NCBI RefSeq assembly: GCF_035285525.1
Contig: NZ_JAYKGW010000042.1
Location: 1 to 32,000 of the forward strand
Direction of reading: 5' to 3'
Origin: Okeania sp.
GTDB lineage: Bacteria > Cyanobacteriota > Cyanobacteriia > Cyanobacteriales > Microcoleaceae
DNA: 32,000 nt
Below, piece by piece: positions 1 to 9,639 of this stretch; positions within the stretch are counted from its first letter, which is position 1, and every line of letters starts with the position of its first letter. The position numbers were made by a program, and so were the translations under genes. The notes beneath the pieces were generated by a model. The model saw only the letters and a list, made by a program, of their open reading frames with translations, did not search any database and was not told where the DNA came from.

Positions 1-3000
1 CAGTCACTTTCAACATTACAGGAAATGACTCAGATCTAGACGGCACATTAGACTTAGCCACAGTAGACTTAGACCCATCTACGGACGGACGACAAACAAC
101 TCGGACAGTAGAAGGAGAAGGAACTTACTCCGTAGATGATAGTGGAAATGTCACTTTTACTCCAAAGCCTGGTTTCAATGGTGTAACCACTCAGATTACA
201 TATACAGTTCAAGATGACTTGGGAGCAGTTTCCAACGAAGCTAATATTTCTATAAATGTAACTCCTGTACCTTCCTTAACCGATGATACAGCCACAACTC
301 GGGTCAACACTCCAGTTACATTCAACATCATTGATAATGATGAGAATATTGACCAGACTACGATTGACCTCGACCCAGAAACTGAAGGTATACAGAAAAC
401 TATCACCGTTCCTGGAGAAGGTACATTTACTGTAGATGATGGAGGTAACGTTACCTTTACTCCAGAAGATGGTTTCGCAGGAGAGGTATCCATTTCTTAT
501 GTGGCCGATGACACCGAAGGTAACACTTTAGAACCTGCTAATATTTCTGTAGAAGTCACTCCCACACCAACTTCTCAACCCATCGCCAACAATGACAACA
601 GTACCACATTTCGTAATCAACCAGTCACATTCAACATTACGGATAACGACAACGATGTAGACGGCAACATCGATCCCAATACGATTGACCTCGACCTAGA
701 AACTGAAGGTATACAGAAAACTATCACCGTTCCTGGAGAAGGCACATTTACCGTAGACTCGGAAGGCAACCTTACCTTCACCCCAGTACCCGGGTTCATT
801 GGCGAAGTAACCATCCCTTACACGATCGCTGATAATGATGGCAGCGTATCCGAACCGGCCAACATCACGATTACGGTCAACAACATTCCGCCTGTAGCTA
901 CTGACGACAGCGCTAGCACTGATGTGGGAGAACCAGTCACCTTTAACATAGTCAATAATGACATTGACAACGATGGCAACATCGAACCCACTACCATCGA
1001 CCTTGACCCAGAAACACCAGATATACAAAAAACTATCACCGTTCCTGGTGAAGGTACATTTACTGTAGATGATGACGGCAACCTCACCTTTACCCCAGTT
1101 GATGAGTTCCTTGGTGAAACCAACATCTCTTACACTGTCGCTGACAACAATGGTCAAACTTCCGAACCAGCTAATATCAATGTCACCATTACTAATAACC
1201 TACCTGCTGCCAGCGATGATAACATTACCACCACTGTAAATACACCAGTCACTTTTAATATCACAGACAATGATATTGCTGATGAAGGTCTGGATATCGA
1301 CCCATCAACCATCGACCTTGACCCAGATACTATTGAAGTTGAAACCACACTTATAGTAGAAGAGGGTCAGTTTACAGTCAATGAAACTGGAGAAGTAACC
1401 TTTACTCCCACAGATGGATTTATGGGAGAAGTAACCATTCCCTACACCGTAGAGGATACAGCTGGCAACATTACTGACCCTTCTGGGCAAATTACGGTTA
1501 CAGTCATTGATAACCCTCCCATTGCCACAGATGACAATGACAGTACCTCTGTTAATCAACCTGTAACATTCAATATTGCTAACAATGATGTAGACTTTGA
1601 AGGAGAAGTAGACCCAGATACTATAGACTTAGACCCAACTGCATCAGGTATTCAGTCTACATTAGAAGTAGAAAATCAAGGCAGTTTTAGTGTCGATGAA
1701 AATGGGGATTTGACCTTTACTCCCGCACTTGATTTTACTGGTGAGGTCACTATTCCCTACACCATCGCAGATGAAAACAATAACGTCTCCGAACCAGCCA
1801 ATATTACAGTCACTGTGGTTAACATACCACCTGTAGCCCAAGATGACACGAGCAGAACTCAACAGGGGCTGCCAGTTACCTTCAACATCACTGATAATGA
1901 TAATGACCCGGATACGACTCTTGATTTAACCACAGTAGACCTCAACCCAGCTACACCGGAACGAGATACTAGCGTTACTGTAGCGGCAGAAGGAACTTAT
2001 ACAGTGGATGATGCTGGAAATATTACCTTTACTCCTGAAACTGATTTTACCGGTGTGACTACTATTACATATACAGTTGCAGATGACTTGGGAGCAGTTT
2101 CCAATGAAGCTAAGATTTCTGTAAATGTGGTTCCTAATCGCTCCTTGAACGATGACACAGCAACAATTACTGGCAACACCCCAGTCACATTCAACATCAT
2201 CGACAATGATGAGAATGTTGACCCAGCGACTATTGATCTCAATCCTGAAACTGATGATATAGAGAAAACTATCACCATTCCTGGTGAAGGTACATTTACT
2301 GTAGATGATGCAGGGAACGTTACCTTTACTCCAGAGCCTGGTTTTGAAGGAGAGGCATCCATTTCTTATGTGGCTAATGACACTGAAGGTAACACTTTAG
2401 AGCCTGCTGAGATTTCTGTAAATGTGACCTCTGACTCAACTCCAGCGCCAACTCCAGCGCCAACTCCAGCGCCAACTCCAGCGCCAACTCCAGCGCCAAC
2501 TCCAGCGCCAACTCCAAGGCCAACTCCAGCACCAACTCCAACACCAGAGCCTGACACAGATACTCTAGAAGGGTCTCAAATAGATGAAGATCATTCTTGT
2601 CCTCCGCCTCCAACTGTAGAACTTGTAGATTTACCTTCTGTACCCCCTCTAGTTCTTGATCCCCATCAATTTGAAGAGTTTTTATTCGGTACAGAAAATG
2701 ACGAAGTGATTAAAAGTAGTAACATAAATCAAGTTATTACTGCTATTGATGGCTTAGACGGCAATGATTTTATCGAAGGTTCGGAAATTCTTGACATCAT
2801 ATTTGGTGGTTTTGGTAATGATTCAATTTTTGCTAAACGTGAATCTGACTTTGTTAATGGTAAAGAAGACAATGACAATATCAACGCTGGAAAAGGTGAT
2901 GATACAGCTCGTGGAGGTAAGCATGATGATAACATATATGGTGATATCGGTAATGATACGCTCTTAGGTGATAAAGGTAATGACATCTTATGGGGTGGTA

Positions 3001-4178
3001 CTCCTGGAGGTAATGACAAAGATATTATAGGTAGCGATCTAATGAACGGTGGCAGGGGTAATGACTACCTTAATGGCAACCGCTACAATGATATACTTAT
3101 GGGTGGTAAAGGTGATGATGAAGTCCGTGGTGGTAAAGATGATGATACCATATTCGGGCAACAAGGTCACGATATGCTCATGGGAGAAGAAGGTGATGAC
3201 AAGATTGTTGGAGACCCTAATTCAAACTCATCAGAAGAGGAAATAGGAGAAGATTCTGTTAATGGTGGTCGCGGTAACGATATTATACAAGGTAGTCGTG
3301 GAAACGACCTCGTAAATGGAGGTAAAGGAAACGATTTCATCTATGGTGGTAAGGATAATGACTTAATCCTTGGGGATAAAGGAGATGATACAATCTTTGG
3401 TCAAAACGGAGATGATACAATCTTTGGTGGCAACAATAGTATTGTTGATGGTGATGTATCAGGAGAAGACTACATTCATAGTGGTTCCGGCAATGACTTT
3501 ATCAATGGTAACTATGCTAATGACGTTATCATTAGTGGTAAAGGGGATGATACTGCACGAGGTGGTAAAAATGATGACTTGCTTTATGGCTTCTTAGGCA
3601 ATGACCTGATGTTTGGAGATCAAGGCAATGATACCTTATGTGGTTATGTAGGCAATGATACCATGTATGGTGATAACCCTGAATTTGTAGCATCAGTTGG
3701 AGCAGAAGGTCAGCAAGACTTTGTCTTCGGTGGTATAGGAGAAGACCTAATATTTGGTAATCAAGGTGCAGATCAATTATTTGGTGAAGTTGGTAATGAT
3801 ACTTTATTAGGAGGTGAGGATAATGATAGGCTATTTGGAGGGTTAGGAAACGATTCTCTCTTAGGAGAAGCAGGTGATGACTTCTTGTATGGAAAGGAAG
3901 GTGATGATACTTTATCAGGAGGTAGTGGTAGCGATACCTTCATGCTCAATCTCAACCAAGGACTGGATGTTATTACTGACTTTGATATTAATCAGGACTT
4001 CATCCTATTAGATGACCAACTAAATATCAATGCACAAAGTTTCACTGTACAGACTGTTAATAACAATAGTTCAATTTTCTTGAACAACCAACTCTTAGTA
4101 ACTTTAGAAAATTTATCTATTACCTCAGAGCAAATAGTCAATCGTTTAACTACTCTTAATGATTCCTCAATCGTCTAA
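1..4178 (+). CDS. Giant secreted adhesin / S-layer-like RTX protein, 5'-partial (continues upstream of the window). It has at least 8 tandem ~104-aa cadherin-like/CshA-type repeats, a (TPAP)n linker, a block of hemolysin-type Ca-binding nonapeptide repeats and a non-repeat C-terminal tail.
   Basis: Frame 3 is open from nt 3 ([26 protein letters not shown]...), so the TTG at 219 in the ORF track is not the true start. The motif PVTFNI(T/I)DND..IDLDPET..[24 protein letters not shown] recurs about every 312 nt up to ~2430. GGxGxDxL/I/F nonapeptides (e.g. [19 protein letters not shown]) run from ~2750 to ~3950. The stop is TAA at 4176-4178. Confidence 0.9.
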   Translation, partial: VTFNITGNDSDLDGTLDLATVDLDPSTDGRQTTRTVEGEGTYSVDDSGNVTFTPKPGFNGVTTQITYTVQDDLGAVSNEANISINVTPVPSLTDDTATTRVNTPVTFNIIDNDENIDQTTIDLDPETEGIQKTITVPGEGTFTVDDGGNVTFTPEDGFAGEVSISYVADDTEGNTLEPANISVEVTPTPTSQPIANNDNSTTFRNQPVTFNITDNDNDVDGNIDPNTIDLDLETEGIQKTITVPGEGTFTVDSEGNLTFTPVPGFIGEVTIPYTIADNDGSVSEPANITITVNNIPPVATDDSASTDVGEPVTFNIVNNDIDNDGNIEPTTIDLDPETPDIQKTITVPGEGTFTVDDDGNLTFTPVDEFLGETNISYTVADNNGQTSEPANINVTITNNLPAASDDNITTTVNTPVTFNITDNDIADEGLDIDPSTIDLDPDTIEVETTLIVEEGQFTVNETGEVTFTPTDGFMGEVTIPYTVEDTAGNITDPSGQITVTVIDNPPIATDDNDSTSVNQPVTFNIANNDVDFEGEVDPDTIDLDPTASGIQSTLEVENQGSFSVDENGDLTFTPALDFTGEVTIPYTIADENNNVSEPANITVTVVNIPPVAQDDTSRTQQGLPVTFNITDNDNDPDTTLDLTTVDLNPATPERDTSVTVAAEGTYTVDDAGNITFTPETDFTGVTTITYTVADDLGAVSNEAKISVNVVPNRSLNDDTATITGNTPVTFNIIDNDENVDPATIDLNPETDDIEKTITIPGEGTFTVDDAGNVTFTPEPGFEGEASISYVANDTEGNTLEPAEISVNVTSDSTPAPTPAPTPAPTPAPTPAPTPAPTPRPTPAPTPTPEPDTDTLEGSQIDEDHSCPPPPTVELVDLPSVPPLVLDPHQFEEFLFGTENDEVIKSSNINQVITAIDGLDGNDFIEGSEILDIIFGGFGNDSIFAKRESDFVNGKEDNDNINAGKGDDTARGGKHDDNIYGDIGNDTLLGDKGNDILWGGTPGGNDKDIIGSDLMNGGRGNDYLNGNRYNDILMGGKGDDEVRGGKDDDTIFGQQGHDMLMGEEGDDKIVGDPNSNSSEEEIGEDSVNGGRGNDIIQGSRGNDLVNGGKGNDFIYGGKDNDLILGDKGDDTIFGQNGDDTIFGGNNSIVDGDVSGEDYIHSGSGNDFINGNYANDVIISGKGDDTARGGKNDDLLYGFLGNDLMFGDQGNDTLCGYVGNDTMYGDNPEFVASVGAEGQQDFVFGGIGEDLIFGNQGADQLFGEVGNDTLLGGEDNDRLFGGLGNDSLLGEAGDDFLYGKEGDDTLSGGSGSDTFMLNLNQGLDVITDFDINQDFILLDDQLNINAQSFTVQTVNNNSSIFLNNQLLVTLENLSITSEQIVNRLTTLNDSSIV
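2439..2546 (+). repeat. In-frame 12-bp tandem repeat, (ACTCCAGCGCCA) x6 perfect plus 3 variant units, encoding a (TPAP)n linker inside the adhesin CDS.
   Basis: Read directly from the sequence. There are six identical units at 2439-2510, followed by ACTCCAAGGCCA, ACTCCAGCACCA and ACTCCAACACCA. Confidence 0.95.
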
Positions 4179-4240
4179 TAAAGGAGTCAAAAAACCCAAC
4201 AATAACCTTGATTTATTGTTGGGTTACCATAATTTCAATA

Positions 4241-4274
4241 AAAAAGAGACGTTTCTAGAAACGTCTCTTTTTTA
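4241..4274. terminator. Bidirectional intrinsic terminator between the convergent adhesin gene and glgP.
   Basis: Perfect palindrome AAAAAAGAGACGTTTC TA GAAACGTCTCTTTTTT, with an A-run on one side and a T-run on the other. A second hairpin lies just upstream (CCCAACAATAA..TTATTGTTGGG, 4195-4223) but has no clear T-run. Confidence 0.7.
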
Positions 4275-4281
4275 ATATTAT

Positions 4282-4374
4282 CAGGACTTACGCAGCGACC
4301 CTAGATATAGTGCTTAAAACCCCATGCGCAATAGTTTTTTGACTCTATATTATAGTACCTTTGCGTAAGTCCTG
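4282..4374 (-). mobile_element. ~93-bp MITE-like element with 13-bp terminal inverted repeats CAGGACTTACGCA / TGCGTAAGTCCTG (family E, copy 1, inverted relative to copies 2-3).
   Basis: The TIRs are read directly. Its reverse complement aligns along its length with 14205-14295 (shared blocks AAAGGTACTATA.ATAGAG..AAAAAACTATTG....TTTTAAGCACTATATCTA). Confidence 0.7.
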
Positions 4375-4436
4375 ATTATTAAGTCAAGTCACATCAATTT
4401 TGAAGCGTCAGCTATCAAAATTAGAAATTACAACAA

Positions 4437-6980
4437 TTAATTCTCTACCTTCAAGCCAGCATTATCTTGAGTATAAGCTTCCTGATTAATTTTTACAGGT
4501 ACTGCTCCCCAAATCTCTTTCGCATACTCCATAATCGTCCGATCAGAAGAAAATTTACCCATACGCACAGAATTATAAATAGACATTCTTGTCCATTTTT
4601 CTTGGTCTTGAAAAGCTTGACTAACCTGTTCCTGACATTCAATATAAGACTGATAGTCAGCCAATAACATATATTGGTCATTGTACAATAAAGAATCAAT
4701 CAAAGGCTTGAATAAATTAGGATTACCTTTGCTAAACTGACCACTAGCAATCCGATCAATTACAGACTTTAACTCTGGATTTGTATTATAGTAATCCCAA
4801 GGCTTATAACCCTTAGCCTTCAAATCGAAAACTTCTTCAGCAGTCAGACCAAACAGGAAGAAATTCTCTGCTCCCACCTCTTCCCGAATCTCAATATTAG
4901 CTCCATCAAGAGTACCAATAGTCATCGCTCCATTCATAGCAAACTTCATATTACCAGTTCCCGATGCCTCTTTACCAGCAGTAGAAATTTGCTCTGATAA
5001 ATCAGCAGCAGGATAAATTAACTGACCTAATGAAGCATTAAAGTTAGCTAAGAAAACTACTTTCAGACGACCACGCACATCAGGGTCATTGTTAATAACA
5101 TCAGCAACAGCATTAGTCAACTTAATAATTAACTTCGCCATGTAGTAACCAGGAGCTGCCTTACCACCAAAAATGAATGTGCGAGGTTGAATATCAATAT
5201 CAGGATTTTGCTTAATGCGGTTGTAAAGAGTAATGATGTTAAATAAATCCAAATGTTGACGCTTATACTCATGGATACGTTTGACTTGAATATCAAACAG
5301 AGAATTAGTATCCACCTCAATCCGATTATGCTTTAAAATGTACTCTGCTAGGTCAGCTTTATTCTCCTGCTTAATTTGTCGCCAACGGTTACAAAATTGT
5401 GGATAGCTAACATATTGTTCTAGTTGCCTTAGTTGATCTAAATCTCGCAACCAAGTATCTCCTAATTTCTCAGAGAATAACGCAGAAAGTCTAGGGTTAC
5501 TCAATAAAATCCAACGACGGGGAGTCACACCATTAGTTTTATTCAGGAACTTTTCTGGGAAAAGTTTGTAGAAATCTTTGAGTACACCTTTTTTCAACAA
5601 CTCACTATGTAGAGCTGCTACCCCATTCACTGCATGACTCCCTACAGTTGCTAAATTAGCCATTCTCACAGCCTTTTCTGGAGTTTCCTCAATTATAGAT
5701 ACACGAGAGATTAACTCCTTGTCATCAGGATACCAAGTTTGCACTTGCTCTATGAAGCGCTGATTAATTTCATAGATAATCTCTAAGTGGCGAGGTAGCA
5801 AACTACCAAACAAACTAATTCCCCAACGTTCCAAAGCTTCTGGTAACAAGGTATGATTAGTATAAGCAAAAGTATTTTGAGTAATATGCCAAGAACGCTC
5901 CCAGTCCATATCATACTCATCAATGAACAATCGCATCATTTCAGCAATAGCAACAGCAGGGTGAGTATCATTTAACTGAATTGCTGTTTTATCGCTCAAG
6001 TTGTCTAAGTTTTGGTGGTTGTTCAAATGCCTGCGGATAATGTCTTGCAAAGCACAGGAAACGAAGAAATATTGTTGTTTGAGTCGGAGTTCCTTACCTT
6101 GGGGAGTGTTGTCATTGGGATAGAGAACTTTGGAAATAGTTTCCGAACTCATTTTGTCTGCTACTGCACCATCATAGTTTCCAGAGTTGAACTCTTCAAA
6201 CTTAAAATCTACACTAGCTTCTGCACGCCACAGACGTAACGGATTAACTGTATTCACCTTGTAACCAGGAACAGGAGTATCATAAGGGATACCAATAACA
6301 GTTTCAGCGGGAACCCATGTTACCCTATAATTACCTTTTTTATCGTGATATGCTTCTGTAGTACCACCAAACTTTACTTCTACCTTTTCTGCTGGACGAG
6401 CTATTTCCCAGGGGTTGCCAAAGCGTAACCACTTATCCGGAATTTCCGCTTGCCAACCATCTTGTACAGTTTGGGTGAATATGCCAAACTCATAGCGAAT
6501 CCCGTGACCTATGGCAGGAATTTCTAGGGTAGCTAGAGAGTCCAAGAAACAAGCTGCTAACCTACCCAAACCCCCATTTCCTAAACCTGGATCGTCTTCT
6601 TGCTCTAGTAGTTCATCCAAGTTCAGTCCAGATTCGCTAACAGCTTGACGAACTTGTTCATATATGCCTAAGTTAATCAAACTATTACCTAAGTGACGAC
6701 CCATGAGAAACTCTGCCGATAAGTAATATACTACTTTAACATCTTTCTCATTGTAGGTACGAATTGTAGAAAGAAAGCGTTGGAGTAAGCGATCGCGTAT
6801 AGTATAAGCCAAAGCACGGTAGAAATCATCCTGTCTTGCCATAGACTCATAAGTGCCTTGCAAATAAAACAGGTTATCTGCTAAGGCACGTCTCAGAGTC
6901 GGAATACTCATACCTGTGCGATCGTCTTCTACCTGAATTTGATTTTCAACAGTGGGGTTGGTCGGTTGATTCATTGGCAT
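4437..6980 (-). CDS. glgP: Glycogen/alpha-glucan phosphorylase.
   Basis: 847-aa ORF with family-typical blocks: GNGGLGRLAACFLDSLATL, LNDTHPA, RIHEYKRQ, and the PLP-lysine motif EASGTGNMKFAMNGAMTIGTLDGANIEI. Confidence 0.97.
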   Translation of the reverse strand: MPMNQPTNPTVENQIQVEDDRTGMSIPTLRRALADNLFYLQGTYESMARQDDFYRALAYTIRDRLLQRFLSTIRTYNEKDVKVVYYLSAEFLMGRHLGNSLINLGIYEQVRQAVSESGLNLDELLEQEDDPGLGNGGLGRLAACFLDSLATLEIPAIGHGIRYEFGIFTQTVQDGWQAEIPDKWLRFGNPWEIARPAEKVEVKFGGTTEAYHDKKGNYRVTWVPAETVIGIPYDTPVPGYKVNTVNPLRLWRAEASVDFKFEEFNSGNYDGAVADKMSSETISKVLYPNDNTPQGKELRLKQQYFFVSCALQDIIRRHLNNHQNLDNLSDKTAIQLNDTHPAVAIAEMMRLFIDEYDMDWERSWHITQNTFAYTNHTLLPEALERWGISLFGSLLPRHLEIIYEINQRFIEQVQTWYPDDKELISRVSIIEETPEKAVRMANLATVGSHAVNGVAALHSELLKKGVLKDFYKLFPEKFLNKTNGVTPRRWILLSNPRLSALFSEKLGDTWLRDLDQLRQLEQYVSYPQFCNRWRQIKQENKADLAEYILKHNRIEVDTNSLFDIQVKRIHEYKRQHLDLFNIITLYNRIKQNPDIDIQPRTFIFGGKAAPGYYMAKLIIKLTNAVADVINNDPDVRGRLKVVFLANFNASLGQLIYPAADLSEQISTAGKEASGTGNMKFAMNGAMTIGTLDGANIEIREEVGAENFFLFGLTAEEVFDLKAKGYKPWDYYNTNPELKSVIDRIASGQFSKGNPNLFKPLIDSLLYNDQYMLLADYQSYIECQEQVSQAFQDQEKWTRMSIYNSVRMGKFSSDRTIMEYAKEIWGAVPVKINQEAYTQDNAGLKVEN

Positions 6981-7918
6981 TCCTTAAGTTTTTCATAAGA
7001 AAGAAAGAAAGGTGGTTAGACTGATTAGCTTTACCACACAGGAGTTATTCTATAGGAAACTTTGAAATGAGGAGAGACTCACGAATTAAATTATATTCTT
7101 TTACTAATCTAGAGAAAATTAAAATCTATAACTAGAGAGGGTTTGAGACTATATATAGGTATTTAATTTTAATCATTTTTACAGAATTGATTCTAAAATG
7201 TGGGCATTTTTGGGCCAGCGAATCAAGGCATAAGTCATAATTTATAAGTCATAAGTCAGGATAAAATTCATAGTAGTAACTTAATGACTGGATAGTAAAA
7301 AAACTTTTTTGATTTATCATAATTTTTTTTGATCAAGAGAAAATATTTCAGCCGAAATATTTGAAAAGTATCCATTAAATCATTTCCCCAATTGAAAATT
7401 AAGTCCTGTTTTAATTAAAAAAATAGTGAAAACTGACAACATTTTTTACCACAACCTGCTAGCTTTGAAAGACCGTAGTAAAGAATAGAAATTGCCAATT
7501 TTCAGAAATTACTTCAATTTTCTGATATCAGAAAACCAGTTTTATTTGTCCAGTAAAACTACTTAGGGAATTACCAAATCTTGGTTAAATTTATTACTCT
7601 TTTACTGATACCTATCTTTAAATTTGCGATCTGAAAATTGCCTATTTTGTCACAGATAGAAACTTTTTTTGTCATAGACAAGTCTTATCTAGCGGAGAAC
7701 AGCAGATTCTTAAGTTTATCAAGAGGCATTGTTAAATCCAGAGATGAATATAGAAGTGGAGTAGGCATCCGGTCCTACCTGAAAATACTGAGAACGGGCA
7801 ATATTCCCATTCCACAGAACTATTAAAATCATCCTAAAATTATGCAATGTTTATAAAAAATTAACAACGCTCTAAAAAACTTAAGCTACTATTAACGTAA
7901 TTCAACAAAATATCAACA

Positions 7919-9235
7919 ATGACTGGAAATATAAATGCACTTCAAGTTACTAATAACAGTAACAATAACATTAACTCACCAACTCCCTTAGGTGTTCTAC
8001 TTCCAGGAACACCTCTAACTGTCTTAGGAACAATCAATGATTTTGACCCAGTAGACTTCTATCGTGTCACAGTTAATACACCCTTAACTTCAGGAATTGC
8101 TCTACAAAATCTCACTGGTGATATTGATGTAGCAGTATTAGATAACAATGGTAATTTAATTGCTTATGGCGATAACTTAGGTGCATCCAATGAAGCATTT
8201 CAAGCACCTTTCTCTACCCCCGGTGAATATTTGATCAATGTTTATCAGACTGTTCCTGGTATTGCTAGTGAATATCAGTTAGGTCTATTTCCTCCTAGCG
8301 CTCCAGTTAATGTTAATACTATTGACAACAGTAATGATAATATCAATACACCAACTGTTTTGGGTCCTCTAGTTCCACAAGCTGCACCTACAAGTGTATC
8401 GGGAATAATAAATAATTTAGACGGTGTAGACTACTATCGTGTCACAGTCGATCAACCCTTAATTTCAGGAATTGCTTTGCAAAATCTCACTGGTAATATT
8501 GATGTAGCAGTATTAGATAGCAACGCTAACTTAATTGCTCGTGGCGATAACCTGGATGCATCCAATGAAGCATTTCAGGCAGCTTTCTCTACCCCCGGTG
8601 AATATTCGATCGTTGTTTATCAAACAGCTCCTGAAATTTCTAGTAACTATGATCTGACCTTATTTCCTGGGGATGCTATTGAAACAACAACAATTACAAC
8701 GTCTCAACCAGCAAGTATCACTATTCAGGGTGATATAGTCAACAATGATGAACGTGTCAGAAGTAGTGACAGATTTTTTGCCAATAACTCAGATACAACA
8801 GTTGTCAGAAAACACGACTATTTGTTAAAAGCCACATTTAACACTCCCATAACAATTGAAATGATTGCCAACAATACTGGCGATCCTTTTCTTGAAGTAT
8901 TTGAACTTCCTCAAGATGATAATGATCCTCTACTAAATCCTCAAGACCAGCAGATACCAATTGCCGCCAATGATAATGGTGGTGGCGGTCTCAATGCCAA
9001 AATTGGACCAGGGGTACAATCGGATTCTTTAGGGATTTCTTCGGAGTTAACTTTATCACCAAATGTTGACTATGTGTTGCGTCTAACTTATAATGAGCAA
9101 CCTTTCAATGCAAGTTATACCTTAAATGCAAGTGTTGATAATGGTTTTATCAGTTTGGATAGGGTATTTCTCGGAAATCCAGCAGGCTCCCCAGTTATTG
9201 GAGGAGATACATCAATAACTGATTTGTCTATTTAA
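7919..9235 (+). CDS. Hypothetical protein built from three pre-peptidase C-terminal (PPC)-like beta-sandwich domains. No catalytic domain and no obvious signal peptide.
   Basis: 438-aa ORF. Two closely related ~120-aa segments carry the pattern D(P/G)VD(F/Y)YRVTV......IALQNLTGxIDVAVLDxNxNLIAxGDNL.ASNEAFQA.FSTPGEY.I.VYQ. A third, diverged copy has HDYLLKA..GDPFLEVFE..VDYVLRL. Confidence 0.7.
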   Translation: MTGNINALQVTNNSNNNINSPTPLGVLLPGTPLTVLGTINDFDPVDFYRVTVNTPLTSGIALQNLTGDIDVAVLDNNGNLIAYGDNLGASNEAFQAPFSTPGEYLINVYQTVPGIASEYQLGLFPPSAPVNVNTIDNSNDNINTPTVLGPLVPQAAPTSVSGIINNLDGVDYYRVTVDQPLISGIALQNLTGNIDVAVLDSNANLIARGDNLDASNEAFQAAFSTPGEYSIVVYQTAPEISSNYDLTLFPGDAIETTTITTSQPASITIQGDIVNNDERVRSSDRFFANNSDTTVVRKHDYLLKATFNTPITIEMIANNTGDPFLEVFELPQDDNDPLLNPQDQQIPIAANDNGGGGLNAKIGPGVQSDSLGISSELTLSPNVDYVLRLTYNEQPFNASYTLNASVDNGFISLDRVFLGNPAGSPVIGGDTSITDLSI

Positions 9236-9251
9236 GAAAACTCTTTACTAA

Positions 9252-9546
9252 CTAGGGGGTGTCATCAATTAAATAAGTTGACAAAAAAGCTGTTGTCTGT
9301 TATTCAAAAATGGCGATCACCATTTTTTAGGTTCAGATACAGCGAGCGCACACCTGAAATTGTCCGGTCGGTAGGGGTGGGTTTCTCCATAGAGAGGTTG
9401 CATAAGTGCGTCCGTACAATAAACAATTTTTCAAAAGTCAAGTTAGATAAACCTGCTCCCCAATGATGTAATGCACAGTTTTAGCTTTGTCAGTCCACCA
9501 CTTTTTTCGATCAAGCTTCTAACGTCTAATTGATGACACACCCTAG
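9252..9546 (+). mobile_element. 295-bp non-coding TIR-bounded element (MITE-like, family A, copy 1).
   Basis: ~20-bp terminal inverted repeats CTAGGGGGTGTCATCAATTA ... TAATTGATGACACACCCTAG. A second copy in the same orientation lies at 31425-31744. Confidence 0.8.
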
Positions 9547-9639
9547 AGCTGGCTTCTGGAAGCCTTTTTGTTGAGGTAGGGAGTAGAGACGTTGCATGCA
9601 ATGTCCCTACAGATTAAGGAGAAATAGGAGTTATATAAG

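Noticed and set aside
209-3955. About a dozen antisense or out-of-frame ORFs of 60-153 aa inside the adhesin gene (e.g. 209-493, 617-814, 696-1157, 818-1126, 1997-2362, 2366-2557, 2374-2613, 2729-3019, 3773-3955).
   Set aside because: They repeat with the same ~312-nt or nonapeptide period as the sense frame and have low-complexity products ([17 protein letters not shown]). They are a by-product of the repetitive, stop-poor coding sequence on the plus strand.
4467-6239. Short ORFs overlapping glgP (4467-4667, 4493-4699, 5129-5320, 6012-6239), and similar ones inside the SLC13 gene (24966-25256, 25230-25418, 25335-25523, 25791-26045), the REC-GAF gene, and the 9543-10112 region.
   Set aside because: They overlap strongly supported longer CDSs or the RT pseudogene in other frames or strands, and carry no independent motif.
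7638-7826. 62-aa ORF in the 940-bp glgP / PPC-protein spacer.
   Set aside because: It has a non-ATG start in the track, AT-rich low-information sequence and no motif. The spacer more likely holds the two divergent promoters.
9278-9466. 62-aa ORF inside family A element copy 1.
   Set aside because: The homologous frame in copy 2 (31451 onward) reads LTKRLFSVK and then TAA. It is not conserved, so the element is treated as non-coding.
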